IMG/VR virus record: IMGVR_UViG_3300050120_000442
Span: 1 to 63,886 of that record
Length of the DNA stretch: 63,886 nucleotides
Strand: one strand, 5' to 3'
From: a virus
Lineage: Duplodnaviria; Caudoviricetes
This document shows positions 48,311 to 58,321 of this stretch, piece by piece. Positions within the stretch are counted from its first letter, which is position 1. Every line of letters begins with the position of its first letter. Both the position numbers and the translations under genes were made by a program. The notes under the pieces are model-generated. The model saw only the letters and a list, made by a program, of their open reading frames with translations, searched no databases and was not told the DNA's origin.

Positions 48311-50755
48311 TTACTTCAGGCAGAGGGAGCCGGTTCTCCGGGAAACTCGCTGCTTCCCGTACTTCTCGAACCGCATGAATCCGTCCGAGTACCAGCCCTT
48401 GATCTTCTTCATCGCGCGCCCGAGCTGCTGGGATTGGATCTGACCGTAACCCGCGGCGTCCCTGCCCAAGCACGTCTCCCAGACCTCAAGCAGGCACGTC
48501 TCCTGCCGCAGGACCGGAAGGTCGCCTAGCACGTCGTCCAGGTCAGCCAAGCCAGTCTCATCGACGATGGGCCGGTCCAGCCAGGCTTCGATCTTACCGG
48601 CGAGGCCGTCTTCCGCAGACTCGACCCGGCGGTCCTCCTGGATACGCACGGCCTCACCGCTGGCGTCCTCGCCAGTCAGGTAGAGCGGCAGGTCGCCGTA
48701 TTCGCCGTGCTTCGCCCGCATCACGTCGTAGGCCGCCTTGGCTTCCGCCCAGACCTGGTCAACCTCGACCGCGAAGCCCGCGGTGTCGATCTCATCGACC
48801 TCGCATCGGATAGGCCAGAAGCGCCGGCCGCCGGTGTCGTCTCGCAGATATTCCTGGTCGTTGGTCGAGCCGAGCATGATGCACTGGCGGTCGTATTGCT
48901 GCGCCCGCCGGGCATAGGACAGGCGGACCTTGTCGCTCTGCCTGGAGATGAAGGCCTTGATCTGGCGCACGTCGGCGCGGCCGAAGCCGGACAGCTCCGG
49001 GATTTCCAAGATCCAGGAGCCTTGCATCGACTCGACCATCTGCTTCGGGTCGTGGAAGTCGCCGTCAAGCTCGCTGAACCAATCCTTGGCCAGGATGCGG
49101 ATGAAGGTGGACTTCCGCTTGCCCTGCAGACCTTCGAGGATGGTGGCGAAGTCGAACTTGTGGCCGGGCTTCATCACCCGAGCGACGCCGCCGACTAGCG
49201 TCATCCTGGCTACCGCGCGCGTATAGGGTGTGTCGTCGGCGCCGAGGAAGCGGATGAACAGGCTGTCGAGCCGCGGCACGCCATCCCAGGTCAGGCCGGA
49301 CAGGTACTCGCGGACGGGGTGGAAGGCGTTGTCGCGGGAGATGATGTCGATCGCGGCGTGCAGGTCCCGGTCGCTGATCTTGATGCCGTAGCCGCCCTGG
49401 CGGGTGGGCGCTTCCATCATGGCGCGGACGGCGTTGTCCTTGTCGTCGGTCCACAGGTCGCCGTTGACCTTGTCCTTCAAGACCCAGATAGGGCCTTCGA
49501 GTTGGACGGTGCCCTTGGGCGACTCCTTGCGGGCGATCTTCTTGCCCGGCATCCCGCGCTGGACCGACTCGCCGGTGAACTCGTTGAACGCCACGACGGT
49601 CTTCAGGCGCGGGTCGTTGCACACGATCAGCTTGACGTTGTGCAGGGTCGGCTTGATCGCCCCTTCCTCGTTGCGGTCGATCTTCGAGACCCATCCCAGG
49701 CTTGGCTTCGCCGGCTCGACCACCGCGACGGTGCCCAGGACGTCATCGTCGTCACCGGGCAGCTCGCCGAGCAGATCGTCGTCCGTCTCGATATTCTCGA
49801 ACAGGCCCACGCCGCTCAGCTCGTCGCGCAGGCGAGCGTCGGCCGCGGCCTTCAGGAGCATGGCGAACCGCATCGACTTGCCCGTGATGCGGAACGACTT
49901 CCACACCCGAACCAGGTCTTTCTCATCGAATTTGGCGGACTGCTTGGAGAACGCGCGCCACAGCCGCAGGCCGCCGTCGCCGCCCTCGAACTGGTGGTGG
50001 AGCGCCATGCCCACCGTCGTCCAGCCCTCGCGGTCCTCGCACCACTCGCCGAGCGGCAGGGCGGCCAGGGTCGCGTCGATCTCGTCGAGCGTGAGGTCCA
50101 TCGGCTGCTTGTGCAGATGGGCAGTGAGGTCGTTGTCGTCCTGGCCCTTGGAATCTTCCATGGCCAGGGTGGCGTGCCAGGACTTGACCCGATCGGCCGA
50201 CACGACAGGCCCGAGGCCCATCTCCACCAGGTCGAAGTCGAACTCCCGTGCCCAGAGGTAGGGGTTGCCTGTGACCGGGTGGATCGACGGCGGAAGCACG
50301 ACCTGCTTGCCGGTGCCGAACAGCTCGATCTCCCAGACCCAGTGCTTCTTGCCCTCGGTATCGTGAAAGAACTCGACGCTGTGCGCGACCTTCTTCGAGC
50401 GGAACGGCTCGGTGGTAAGGAAATAGAAGTGCCGGCTGTCGCCGCCGGACCCCGAGATCACGGTCGGCACGTCGGCATACTCTGGCAGGAAGTCGCGCAG
50501 TCGCGCCTTCGCCTGTTCGATCATCTCGGGCTTGCGGACGTCGAGGTCCAAGACCTGGAGGTACAGCTTTCCGATACGCGACGGCTCGCCCAGGCGCACG
50601 CCGACGTTATAGCCGGGGCGGTAGGCGCGCTTCAGGGCATCAAATGAGTATACGGGCTCAGATGCCCAAGCATTGGTGAAGGGCGCTTTGGACCGCTCGC
50701 GCAGCCAGTGGACGGCGAACCCCGCCTCCACAAGATGTTTTACGTCATCAAGCAA
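48311..50755 (-). CDS. Primase-helicase (Prim-Pol + PriCT-2 + VapE/VirE)
   Basis: LDLDV, SGSGG..RHFYF, QVVLPPSIHP, W..VGMALH, GLQGKRKST, D.TGGRRFWP; probable TTG start. Confidence 0.9.
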   Translation of the reverse strand: MLDDVKHLVEAGFAVHWLRERSKAPFTNAWASEPVYSFDALKRAYRPGYNVGVRLGEPSRIGKLYLQVLDLDVRKPEMIEQAKARLRDFLPEYADVPTVISGSGGDSRHFYFLTTEPFRSKKVAHSVEFFHDTEGKKHWVWEIELFGTGKQVVLPPSIHPVTGNPYLWAREFDFDLVEMGLGPVVSADRVKSWHATLAMEDSKGQDDNDLTAHLHKQPMDLTLDEIDATLAALPLGEWCEDREGWTTVGMALHHQFEGGDGGLRLWRAFSKQSAKFDEKDLVRVWKSFRITGKSMRFAMLLKAAADARLRDELSGVGLFENIETDDDLLGELPGDDDDVLGTVAVVEPAKPSLGWVSKIDRNEEGAIKPTLHNVKLIVCNDPRLKTVVAFNEFTGESVQRGMPGKKIARKESPKGTVQLEGPIWVLKDKVNGDLWTDDKDNAVRAMMEAPTRQGGYGIKISDRDLHAAIDIISRDNAFHPVREYLSGLTWDGVPRLDSLFIRFLGADDTPYTRAVARMTLVGGVARVMKPGHKFDFATILEGLQGKRKSTFIRILAKDWFSELDGDFHDPKQMVESMQGSWILEIPELSGFGRADVRQIKAFISRQSDKVRLSYARRAQQYDRQCIMLGSTNDQEYLRDDTGGRRFWPIRCEVDEIDTAGFAVEVDQVWAEAKAAYDVMRAKHGEYGDLPLYLTGEDASGEAVRIQEDRRVESAEDGLAGKIEAWLDRPIVDETGLADLDDVLGDLPVLRQETCLLEVWETCLGRDAAGYGQIQSQQLGRAMKKIKGWYSDGFMRFEKYGKQRVSRRTGSLCLK

Positions 50756-50795
50756 CTTCGTCCCCGATCGATTGAGTTCGTGGAAGGACGAAATC

Positions 50796-51071
50796 TCAAC
50801 CCATGACGAAGGCGAACAACTCTTGCGGGACGAGCCTGCCGTTGGAGGCTTCGATAGTCTTGCGAGCACCGGCGACGCTCATCTTGCCGCTTCGCAGCCA
50901 CTTATAGACGCCCTCGTCAGACATCTCGATCGACTTGGCGAAGGCCTTGACGTCGAAAATGCCCTGGTTGGTCCGCAGGTCCGGGAAGCTGGCGTCGAGC
51001 AGCTTATAGAGCGGGTGGTTGTAGAACATGGCGGGGTCGGGGGTCTTAGCGGCGGCCGTGGCGTCGTTCAT
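50796..51071 (-). CDS. Cro-like HTH regulator
   Basis: FAKSIEMSDEGVYKWLR HTH; first gene from the divergent promoter. Confidence 0.65.
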   Translation of the reverse strand: MNDATAAAKTPDPAMFYNHPLYKLLDASFPDLRTNQGIFDVKAFAKSIEMSDEGVYKWLRSGKMSVAGARKTIEASNGRLVPQELFAFVMG

Positions 51072-51109
51072 GGAGTGCTCCGGGAAATCTGCGTGATCTA
51101 CCCGTAGCC

Positions 51110-51190
51110 CTCAATTCCATAATTATCAACAAAAGAGTGGTTATAATCACTATTTGGTTGACTTTGGTTCGGGCTCATAGATTTTAGGAG
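51110..51190. promoter_or_regulatory. Divergent promoter region (cro/primase versus replication operon)
   Basis: AT-rich gap, TTGACT at 51158, degenerate operator sites. Confidence 0.6.
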
Positions 51191-51237
51191 GCACTGGCGG
51201 GCCACCCCGCAGTCATCAAAATCTGGAGATCGACAAC

Positions 51238-51726
51238 ATGAGCTTGGAAGCCGCCCTGGCCGCCAACACCGAAGCCCTCACCGTTCACACCGCTGCGCTG
51301 AATAGCCACGCGGCGCTGCTGCAGGAAGCCAATGCCGGCCGCGAAGCCGCTGTCGCCTCGCTGACCGGCGCTGTGACCGAGGGCAAGCACAAGGGCCGCA
51401 CGCCCGGCAGCAAGGCCGCCGAAAAGGCCGCCGCTGCTGCCCCCGCCGCCCCGGCTCCTGCCGAGGCCGTCGAAGAAGTGGTGACCGCCGACGTCCTGCG
51501 GGCCAAGGCCGGCGCGTTCCTGAACGTGGCCGAGCCCGAGAAGGCCGAGCGCAAGACCTTCGTGAAGTCGATCAACGCCCACTTCGGCGCCGAGACCATC
51601 GTGACGATCCCGGCTGAGAACTTCGCCCAGGTCGTGGGCTGGTTCGACCGCTTCGCTGCCGGCGAGAAGGTCAACTTCTCCGAGGGCGAGGATGAAGTCG
51701 AAGGCGAAGACGACGGCATCGGCTAG
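51238..51726 (+). CDS. Ala-rich hypothetical protein, first gene of the replication operon
   Basis: MSLE.AL..NT.A N-terminus; GGAG SD; acidic tail EDDGIG. Confidence 0.7.
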   Translation: MSLEAALAANTEALTVHTAALNSHAALLQEANAGREAAVASLTGAVTEGKHKGRTPGSKAAEKAAAAAPAAPAPAEAVEEVVTADVLRAKAGAFLNVAEPEKAERKTFVKSINAHFGAETIVTIPAENFAQVVGWFDRFAAGEKVNFSEGEDEVEGEDDGIG

Positions 51727-51739
51727 CCGACCCTACGGA

Positions 51740-52062
51740 ACCCTCGGCCTTCGGGCCGGGGGCAATCCGGCGAGCGGACGGCTGTATTGCGAACGACCTG
51801 CTGCGGGTCGCGCCCACTCCCCAGACTGCCCCCATCAACAGGAGATGACCATGCCGACCCTCAAAGAAATCGACGCCCATCTCGTAACCATCGGCGCAAC
51901 CGTGAAGAAGGGCGCCGAATACGCCGAGCACGCCTCGATCGACGCCATGATCGCCCTCGTCGGCAGCACCTTGAAGGCGTTGCACATCATCGCCTCTCCC
52001 GCCGCCACGGACTCCGCACTGGTTCCGTAAGGACGACCGGACCCTCGGCCTTCGGGCCGGGG
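51740..52062 (+). repeat. Two exact 22-bp copies of a cUUCGg hairpin (51740-51761, 52041-52062)
   Basis: ACCCTCGGCCTTCGGGCCGGGG, each shortly after a stop codon. Confidence 0.9.
51851..52030 (+). CDS. Small hypothetical protein
   Basis: AGGAG SD; flanked by the repeated hairpins. Confidence 0.6.
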   Translation: MPTLKEIDAHLVTIGATVKKGAEYAEHASIDAMIALVGSTLKALHIIASPAATDSALVP

Positions 52063-52133
52063 TGTTCCGCTGAGGCGTCGGCTGAATCCCCCCGCAGACC
52101 GACGTCTCTGCCGAACACCTGAAGGAGATCGCC

Positions 52134-52370
52134 ATGAGCTGGCATATCGAGTTTCACGCTGCGTCGAAGGCCTCCGCGATCGCGCAGATCGATGAGAGAC
52201 AGGTCAAAAGTTACGGGCATTTTCCCGTCGCCGCGGCCTCCGTGATCAAAGAAACTGTCGCCCTGCTGGCGACCGTCGAAAACTCGATCATCTACGTGAA
52301 GTCGTCGGGCCACAACGACGCCTCGAACGGTAACGTCGAGACCACCGTGCGCCTGTTCCTGCTGGTCTGA
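52134..52370 (+). CDS. Hypothetical protein
   Basis: AAGGAG SD. Confidence 0.6.
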   Translation: MSWHIEFHAASKASAIAQIDERQVKSYGHFPVAAASVIKETVALLATVENSIIYVKSSGHNDASNGNVETTVRLFLLV

Positions 52371-52858
52371 TGCCGATCCTCCGATCTCTGATCACCGGCC
52401 CCGTGTGGGAGTCGTTCGCCAAGCTCGCCTACGGGCGTGACCCGGACGTCTACATCGGCGGCAAGGAGGACACCTACCTCGAACGCTGGTGGGTGATCCC
52501 GCGCAATCCGTTCTTCAACGTCTACCTGCATCATGTCATGCGGTCGGACGACGATAGGGCTCTCCACTCACATCCTTGGCTTTTCAATCTCTCGTTAATC
52601 CTGGCCGGCAGCTACGTCGAGCACGCCGCCGAGGGCAAGGTCGAACGCAAGGCCGGCGACCTGAAGCTTCGGATCGGCCCGGCCTTCCATCGCCTGGAGA
52701 TCACTGACGGAGCCTGCTGGACGCTGTTCATCACCGGCCCAAAGTGCCGCATGTGGGGCTTTCGTTGTCCGAAAGGCTTCGTGCCCTGGACGCAGTATGT
52801 CCTGAACGATGGCCTGGGCTCATCCACCATTGGCGGCGGTTGCGGGGAGTTCGCATGA
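52370..52858 (+). CDS. Cupin-like hypothetical protein
   Basis: YLH...SDDDRALHSHPW...Y.E...HRLE...WTLFITGP...WGF. Confidence 0.6.
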   Translation: MPILRSLITGPVWESFAKLAYGRDPDVYIGGKEDTYLERWWVIPRNPFFNVYLHHVMRSDDDRALHSHPWLFNLSLILAGSYVEHAAEGKVERKAGDLKLRIGPAFHRLEITDGACWTLFITGPKCRMWGFRCPKGFVPWTQYVLNDGLGSSTIGGGCGEFA

Positions 52859-53166
52859 GCGAGGGTTACGAAATCTTCGAGGCGGACGTGCTCGCCTATG
52901 ACCCTTTCGCTGGGGACTTCGGCGATCCTTCGGGCCGACTCCTTAGCGACAAGATGGTGCGCGCCGCAAAGACCCACGACGGCTGCCATATTTGCGCTGG
53001 CCCCGTCGCCAAGGGAGACAGGCACCGAAGCCGTGTCGAGATATTCGACGGCGAAATGCTGTCGTTCCGCTGGTGCTGGTCCTGCTGCACCGCCATGGCG
53101 CGCAATTGGGACGATGCCGGGGATGAGATTTGCGCCCGGCAAGATCTGCATGGAAACCATCAATGA
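52855..53166 (+). CDS. Zinc-finger hypothetical protein
   Basis: CHIC...CWSC motifs. Confidence 0.55.
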   Translation: MSEGYEIFEADVLAYDPFAGDFGDPSGRLLSDKMVRAAKTHDGCHICAGPVAKGDRHRSRVEIFDGEMLSFRWCWSCCTAMARNWDDAGDEICARQDLHGNHQ

Positions 53167-53744
53167 GACTGATCGCATTCGCCGGCCTCAAGGGTTCGGG
53201 CAAGGACACTGCCGCACAGGTCTTCGTCGAGTCGGGCTTCGCGCACGTCAAGATGGCGGGGCCGCTGAAGGCCATGCTGCGGACGCTCCTGGAGTACCAG
53301 GGCACCGACGCGCGTACCATCGAAGCGGCGATCGACGGTCACCTGAAGGAGGCCCGGATCGGCTACCTGTGCAACCGCACACCGCGGCACGCGATGCAGA
53401 CATTGGGGACCGAGTGGGGCCGCGAGCACATGGCCAGCGACTTCTGGATCGAGATTGCCAGGAACCGGATCGAGTCGCTCGACCGCAACGTGGTCATCAG
53501 CGATATCAGGTTCCCGAACGAGGTCGAGCTAGTCCGTGAGCTGGGTGGCAAGGTCTATCGGATCGACCGACACCAGGCAGCCAACGATGATGTCCATCCG
53601 TCCGAGGCGCTGATTCTGGACCTGGAAGTCGATGGCGTCGTGCGGAATATATCCGACACCGCCGCCCACTTCGCAGAATACATCGAGTGCCTGTTCGGGC
53701 TGCAGCATTCGCGCCTACCCAGCTCCATCAGGTCCGACCCGTAG
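53163..53744 (+). CDS. Deoxynucleoside monophosphate kinase
   Basis: GLKGSGKDT, TPR.AMQTLGTEWGR, DIRFPNE, HPSE. Confidence 0.9.
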   Translation: MRLIAFAGLKGSGKDTAAQVFVESGFAHVKMAGPLKAMLRTLLEYQGTDARTIEAAIDGHLKEARIGYLCNRTPRHAMQTLGTEWGREHMASDFWIEIARNRIESLDRNVVISDIRFPNEVELVRELGGKVYRIDRHQAANDDVHPSEALILDLEVDGVVRNISDTAAHFAEYIECLFGLQHSRLPSSIRSDP

Positions 53745-54976
53745 TGGCTGCCCACGCCCGCGTTGGCCCGTCATCGCTCACCCGCGTCATCCTGTGCCGC
53801 GGCTCCGTGCGCGCGACGGACGGCCTGCCGAACCCCGACAGCGAGGCGTCGGCCGAGGGCACCGTCCTCCACGACATCGCCGCCGACTGTATGGAGAACG
53901 GCCTGGATGCCGAGGACTTCGTCGGTCAGACCTACAAGCAGGGCGGCTTTGAGTTCACGATCGGCTACGAGGACGATGAGGTCGATCCGCGTTGCATGAA
54001 CGACGCCATGGATTGGGCGCGTCAGCAGCCCGGTCTGCGGTTCGTCGAGCAGCGCGTCGAACTAGATCCCTGGATGCCGGACCAGTTCGGCACGCTCGAT
54101 CTCGGCTGGCTCTACGAAGACCTGCTGACCGTGTTCGACTGGAAGTTCGGCCGCGGCGTACTGGTCCGCGTCATGACCAACGACCAGCTCCGGGCCTACG
54201 CGCTGGGCCTGCTGCGCCTCATCCGGGCGCTCGGACACCCAGACCCTACGCGCATCAGGATCATCATCGAGCAGCCGCGCTGCCCCGGCGGCGCCCGGTA
54301 CTTCGAGCCCTGGGAAATCACGCTCGCCGAGCTGCTGGAATGGGGCGAGTTCATCAAGGGCGTGATGTTCGAGATCGACGATCCAGACGCGCCCCGACAT
54401 GCCGGCGAGAAGCCGTGCCGGTTCTGCACTGCCCAGAACAAGCCCGAGGGCTGTCCCGAGCACACGGCCTTTGAACTCGACCTGGTGGGCCTGAAGTTCT
54501 CCAACCTGGACGAAGACGACGAACCCTCGCTGCCGGACTACGACCTGCTGACGCCCGCCCGCCGCAGCTACATCGTCCGCCACAGGTCGATGTTCACGGC
54601 CTGGCTGGAGCGCCTCCATGCCAGCGCGCTTGAGGATGCCTTGATCGGCAACCCGACGCCAGGCCTGAAGGCGGTAGACGGTCAGCGCGGCAATCGGACC
54701 TACACCGACGCCGCGGCGGTCGAGGCCTTCCTCATCCCGATTCTCGGTGACAAAACTTTCAACCAAAAGTTGATTACACCACCAAAGGTTGAGGCTATAA
54801 TGATGCCCGGCAAAAAGAAGCCGGGTCACCCCGCCGCCTGGGCGGAACTGCAGGACTTCATCACCCAGAGCGACGGCAAACCCATCCTCGTCTCTGAGGA
54901 CGATCCTCGGCCCGCCAAACAGGCGGCCGTTGACCGGTTCGAGGACTTAGACGCCCCCGAGCTTTCCACCACCTGA
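53744..54976 (+). CDS. DUF2800 Cas4-like PD-(D/E)XK exonuclease
   Basis: HA..GPSS, EGT.LH, EQRV, FGTLD, DWKFGRG, QL..YALG, CRFC. Confidence 0.85.
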   Translation: MAAHARVGPSSLTRVILCRGSVRATDGLPNPDSEASAEGTVLHDIAADCMENGLDAEDFVGQTYKQGGFEFTIGYEDDEVDPRCMNDAMDWARQQPGLRFVEQRVELDPWMPDQFGTLDLGWLYEDLLTVFDWKFGRGVLVRVMTNDQLRAYALGLLRLIRALGHPDPTRIRIIIEQPRCPGGARYFEPWEITLAELLEWGEFIKGVMFEIDDPDAPRHAGEKPCRFCTAQNKPEGCPEHTAFELDLVGLKFSNLDEDDEPSLPDYDLLTPARRSYIVRHRSMFTAWLERLHASALEDALIGNPTPGLKAVDGQRGNRTYTDAAAVEAFLIPILGDKTFNQKLITPPKVEAIMMPGKKKPGHPAAWAELQDFITQSDGKPILVSEDDPRPAKQAAVDRFEDLDAPELSTT

Positions 54977-55008
54977 AACCGTGAAAACGAGAAACCGAAG
55001 GAGCCACC

Positions 55009-55623
55009 ATGGCTGAAGAAGAGAAGAAGTCGGCAGTCGCCGGCACCGAAGTCCAACTGACCAACGTCCGTCTGTCGTTCGAGCACGTGTTCGTGCCGAC
55101 CGCCTCGATCGCCGGTGGCAAGCTGAAATACCGCGCCACCTTCCTGATGGACCCCGAGACCTCCGAGGGCAAAAAGAACATCGCCCGCTGCGAAAAGGCG
55201 ATGGCTGCGGCCGAGATGCACACCTTCAAGAAGACGGGCATCAAGTACAAGGACGACCGCTGCTGCCTGACGGATGGCGAGGACAACGTCAGCCAGACCA
55301 CGGGCGAGCCCTACGAGGGCTACGTCGGCATGAAGGCCGTCTCGGCGGCCAACGGCAAGCGAATCCAGGTTGTGGACCGCAACCCGAAGGTTCCGATCAT
55401 GGCCGACGACGACAAGGTCTACAGCGGCTGCATGGTCAACGCCGTGATCCGCTTCTACTGCATCAAGGACCCGGAAAAGGGCGGCAATGGCTGCTTCGCG
55501 TCGCTGGAGTGCGTGCAGTACGTCAGCAAGGGCGTGGCGTTCGGCGCCGAGCCGGTCGATGCGTCCACCAAGTTCGCCAACCTCGGCGACGACGATGACG
55601 GCATCGACGACGACATCGGCTGA
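55009..55623 (+). CDS. DUF2815 ssDNA-binding protein
   Basis: NVRLSF, YSGC.VNA, acidic tail DDDDGIDDDIG. Confidence 0.85.
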   Translation: MAEEEKKSAVAGTEVQLTNVRLSFEHVFVPTASIAGGKLKYRATFLMDPETSEGKKNIARCEKAMAAAEMHTFKKTGIKYKDDRCCLTDGEDNVSQTTGEPYEGYVGMKAVSAANGKRIQVVDRNPKVPIMADDDKVYSGCMVNAVIRFYCIKDPEKGGNGCFASLECVQYVSKGVAFGAEPVDASTKFANLGDDDDGIDDDIG

Positions 55624-55681
55624 TCCACCCTTCGGTTACCCCGGCGTGGGCCGGGGGAATCAACCTTTAGTTGAGGATGCT

Positions 55682-56332
55682 ATGCAAGACGTAATGGTCG
55701 ATCTCGAAACCCTGGGTGACACCCCTGGGAGCGCCATTCTGTCCATCGGCGCCGTCGCGTTCGACCCCGAAACCGGCGAGATCGACGACGGCTTCTACAC
55801 CGTGATCAACGTCAATTCCTGCGTTGTCGCCGGGCTGACCTTCACCCAGGGTACCTTGGACTGGTGGAAGAAACAGTCGCCCGAGGCCAGGGGCGTCCTG
55901 AAGGCCGCCTACGCTGACACAGCCCCATCGCTGCACACGGCCTTGATCGCGCTGAACGCCTACCTGGCGCGCTTCGGCGGCCTGCGGAATTGCAAGGTCT
56001 GGGGCAACGGCGCCAGCTTCGATAACTCGATGCTCACCTTGGCCTACAAGGGGGCAGGCGCTCCGCTGGGGTGGCAATTCTGGAACGACCGCGGCTACCG
56101 GACCCTGAAGAACGAGTGGCCGCAGGTACCGCTTGGCGTCCGCGTAGGGGTCTTCCACAACGCCCTGGACGACGCCAAGACCCAGGCCGCGCACGCCCTG
56201 GAAATCTACGCTTTCAAGCGCCGCGTCCTGGCGGCCTTCGCCACCCAGGGACAGGTGGCCGAGATTGTCGGCAAAATAGACGCGGTGCTGACCCGGATTG
56301 AAGCCGAGGTCGAGGAAGACCTCGTCGGCTGA
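55682..56332 (+). CDS. DEDDh 3'-5' exonuclease
   Basis: MVDLETLG, ILSIGAV, WGNGASFD, HNALDDA. Confidence 0.85.
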   Translation: MQDVMVDLETLGDTPGSAILSIGAVAFDPETGEIDDGFYTVINVNSCVVAGLTFTQGTLDWWKKQSPEARGVLKAAYADTAPSLHTALIALNAYLARFGGLRNCKVWGNGASFDNSMLTLAYKGAGAPLGWQFWNDRGYRTLKNEWPQVPLGVRVGVFHNALDDAKTQAAHALEIYAFKRRVLAAFATQGQVAEIVGKIDAVLTRIEAEVEEDLVG

Positions 56333-58293
56333 TGGCTACGCTGATCACCGATACCGAATGTTTTCCCGGCTTCTGGTGCGCAGGCTTCAAGGTCTACGAG
56401 ACCAAGCAGGTCATCGTTCTGGAGCACAGCGCCCGCCGGCCGCTCGATCGCGCCAGGCTTGAGCGCCTCATGCGCGCCCACCGGATCATCACCTTCAACG
56501 GCCTGTCCTACGACATGGCCATGATCTGGGCGGCGATCCGTGGCTACTCCACCGAGAAGCTGAAGATCCTCAATGATCAGATCATCCAGGGCCGCGTGCG
56601 CTGGTGGGAGCTGGAAGACCTGCTCGGCTTCAAGCTCCCGAAGCTCAACCACATCGACCTGATCGAGCCGCAGCCCAACGCCATCGCCAGCCTGAAGACG
56701 CTGAACGGGCGCCTGCACGGCAAGAAGATGCAGGATCTGCCGTACCCGATCGACGCCATCCTGACGCCCGAGCAGATGGATCAGACGATCGCCTACATGG
56801 GCAATGACCTGGACGCGACCGAGCTGCTGTTCGAGTCGCTCAAAGAGCCCCTGGAGCTGCGCGAGGCGATCAGCGCCGACCTCAAGATCGACGTCCGGTC
56901 GAAGTCCGACACCCAGGTCGGCTTCGCCATCCTGAAGAAGCGGATCGAAGACGCATCCGGCGAGCGCTTGGGCAAACCCGTCGTCCGGCTCGGCAGCACA
57001 TTTACCTACCACATCCCGGAATACATCCGGTTTCAGACGCCGCAACTCCAAGAAATTCTGGAGCAAATCAGGGCGTATCACTTCGTCGTAAAAGACACCG
57101 GCAAGGTAGAGTTGCCGAAATTCCTCAGCGCGACGAAGATCAAGATCGGTGATCTAGAATACCAGATGGGGATCGGTGGGCTACACTCCACCGAAGCCAA
57201 TCGTTCGGTCTTCTCGACTGAGGATGCTGTACTGATCGACGCTGACGTCGGGTCCTATTATCCGGCTATCGCGATCAACGGCGAGATGTACCCGCCGGCC
57301 CTGGGCAAGATCTCGGTGTCCATCTTCCGCGGCGTCCGGGATGAGCGGATCGTCGCCAAGCGCGCCAAGGCTAAGACCAAGGCCGAGGGCCTGAAGATCG
57401 CCCTGAACGGCGGTCTTTTCGGTAACACCAGCAACCGGTACTCGCCGGCCTACTCGCCCGTGATGACGATCGCCATCACCCTGACGGGGCAGCTCGCGCT
57501 GCTGATGTTGATCGAGCGCGCCGAGAGCGCCGGCATAACGGCCGTCAGCGGCAACACGGACGGCGTGACCTTCCTCTGCCCGAAGGCCCAAGCCAATCCG
57601 ATCGAGAACGACCGCCTGCTCCCCTGGCCGGAAGACCGCAAAATCTCCTTCAGCTCGACCCTGAAAGAGATCACCGACCAGTGGATGACCGCGACCGGCT
57701 TCGACCTGGAGTTCGTCGGTTACAAGTCGATGCACAACGCCTCGGTGAACACCTACTTCGCCATCAAGAACGACGGCAAGGTCAAACGGAAGGGGCTCTA
57801 CTCGAACCCCTGGAACGACCCGAGCGCCATCCGTGAGCAGCTCATGAAGAACCCGAACATGACCATCTGTTCCGACGCGGCCTTGGCCTTCATCCAGCAC
57901 GGCACGCCGGTCGCCCAGACGATCCGCGACTGCGCCGACATCCGCCAGTTCGTGACCGTCGTGAACGTCCAGGGCGGCGGGACCTGGCGAGGCGAATACC
58001 TCGGCAAGGTGGTGCGGTTCTACTGGGGCGAGGACGGCGATACCATCCTCTACAAAACCCCGCACGCGACGACCGGCAACTTCAAAAAGGTCTCGAAGAC
58101 GGACGGCGCCCGCCCGCTGATGACGCTGCCGGACAAGCTGCCGGCCGACATCGACTACGCCCGCTACATCGCCGAGGCGAATGACATCTTGATTGACGTC
58201 GGCTTCCGAGCCGCGCCGCCGGCGCCTGTGAAGCTCAAGCCCCTCAAGCTGAAGCCAAGGCAAGCCCTCCTGTACGCCTGCATTTTTCCTTAA
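56332..58293 (+). CDS. Family B DNA polymerase
   Basis: Exo DTEC / FNG..YD; pol DADVGSYYP, KIALNG, NTDG, KRKG. Confidence 0.88.
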   Translation: MATLITDTECFPGFWCAGFKVYETKQVIVLEHSARRPLDRARLERLMRAHRIITFNGLSYDMAMIWAAIRGYSTEKLKILNDQIIQGRVRWWELEDLLGFKLPKLNHIDLIEPQPNAIASLKTLNGRLHGKKMQDLPYPIDAILTPEQMDQTIAYMGNDLDATELLFESLKEPLELREAISADLKIDVRSKSDTQVGFAILKKRIEDASGERLGKPVVRLGSTFTYHIPEYIRFQTPQLQEILEQIRAYHFVVKDTGKVELPKFLSATKIKIGDLEYQMGIGGLHSTEANRSVFSTEDAVLIDADVGSYYPAIAINGEMYPPALGKISVSIFRGVRDERIVAKRAKAKTKAEGLKIALNGGLFGNTSNRYSPAYSPVMTIAITLTGQLALLMLIERAESAGITAVSGNTDGVTFLCPKAQANPIENDRLLPWPEDRKISFSSTLKEITDQWMTATGFDLEFVGYKSMHNASVNTYFAIKNDGKVKRKGLYSNPWNDPSAIREQLMKNPNMTICSDAALAFIQHGTPVAQTIRDCADIRQFVTVVNVQGGGTWRGEYLGKVVRFYWGEDGDTILYKTPHATTGNFKKVSKTDGARPLMTLPDKLPADIDYARYIAEANDILIDVGFRAAPPAPVKLKPLKLKPRQALLYACIFP

Positions 58294-58321
58294 TAATCAA
58301 CCATATAGTTAGGACTCAACC

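Noticed and set aside
47679-48473. Short ORFs in the cos/ori gap
   Set aside because: They run across repeats, an operator and a terminator, lack SDs and have atypical composition.
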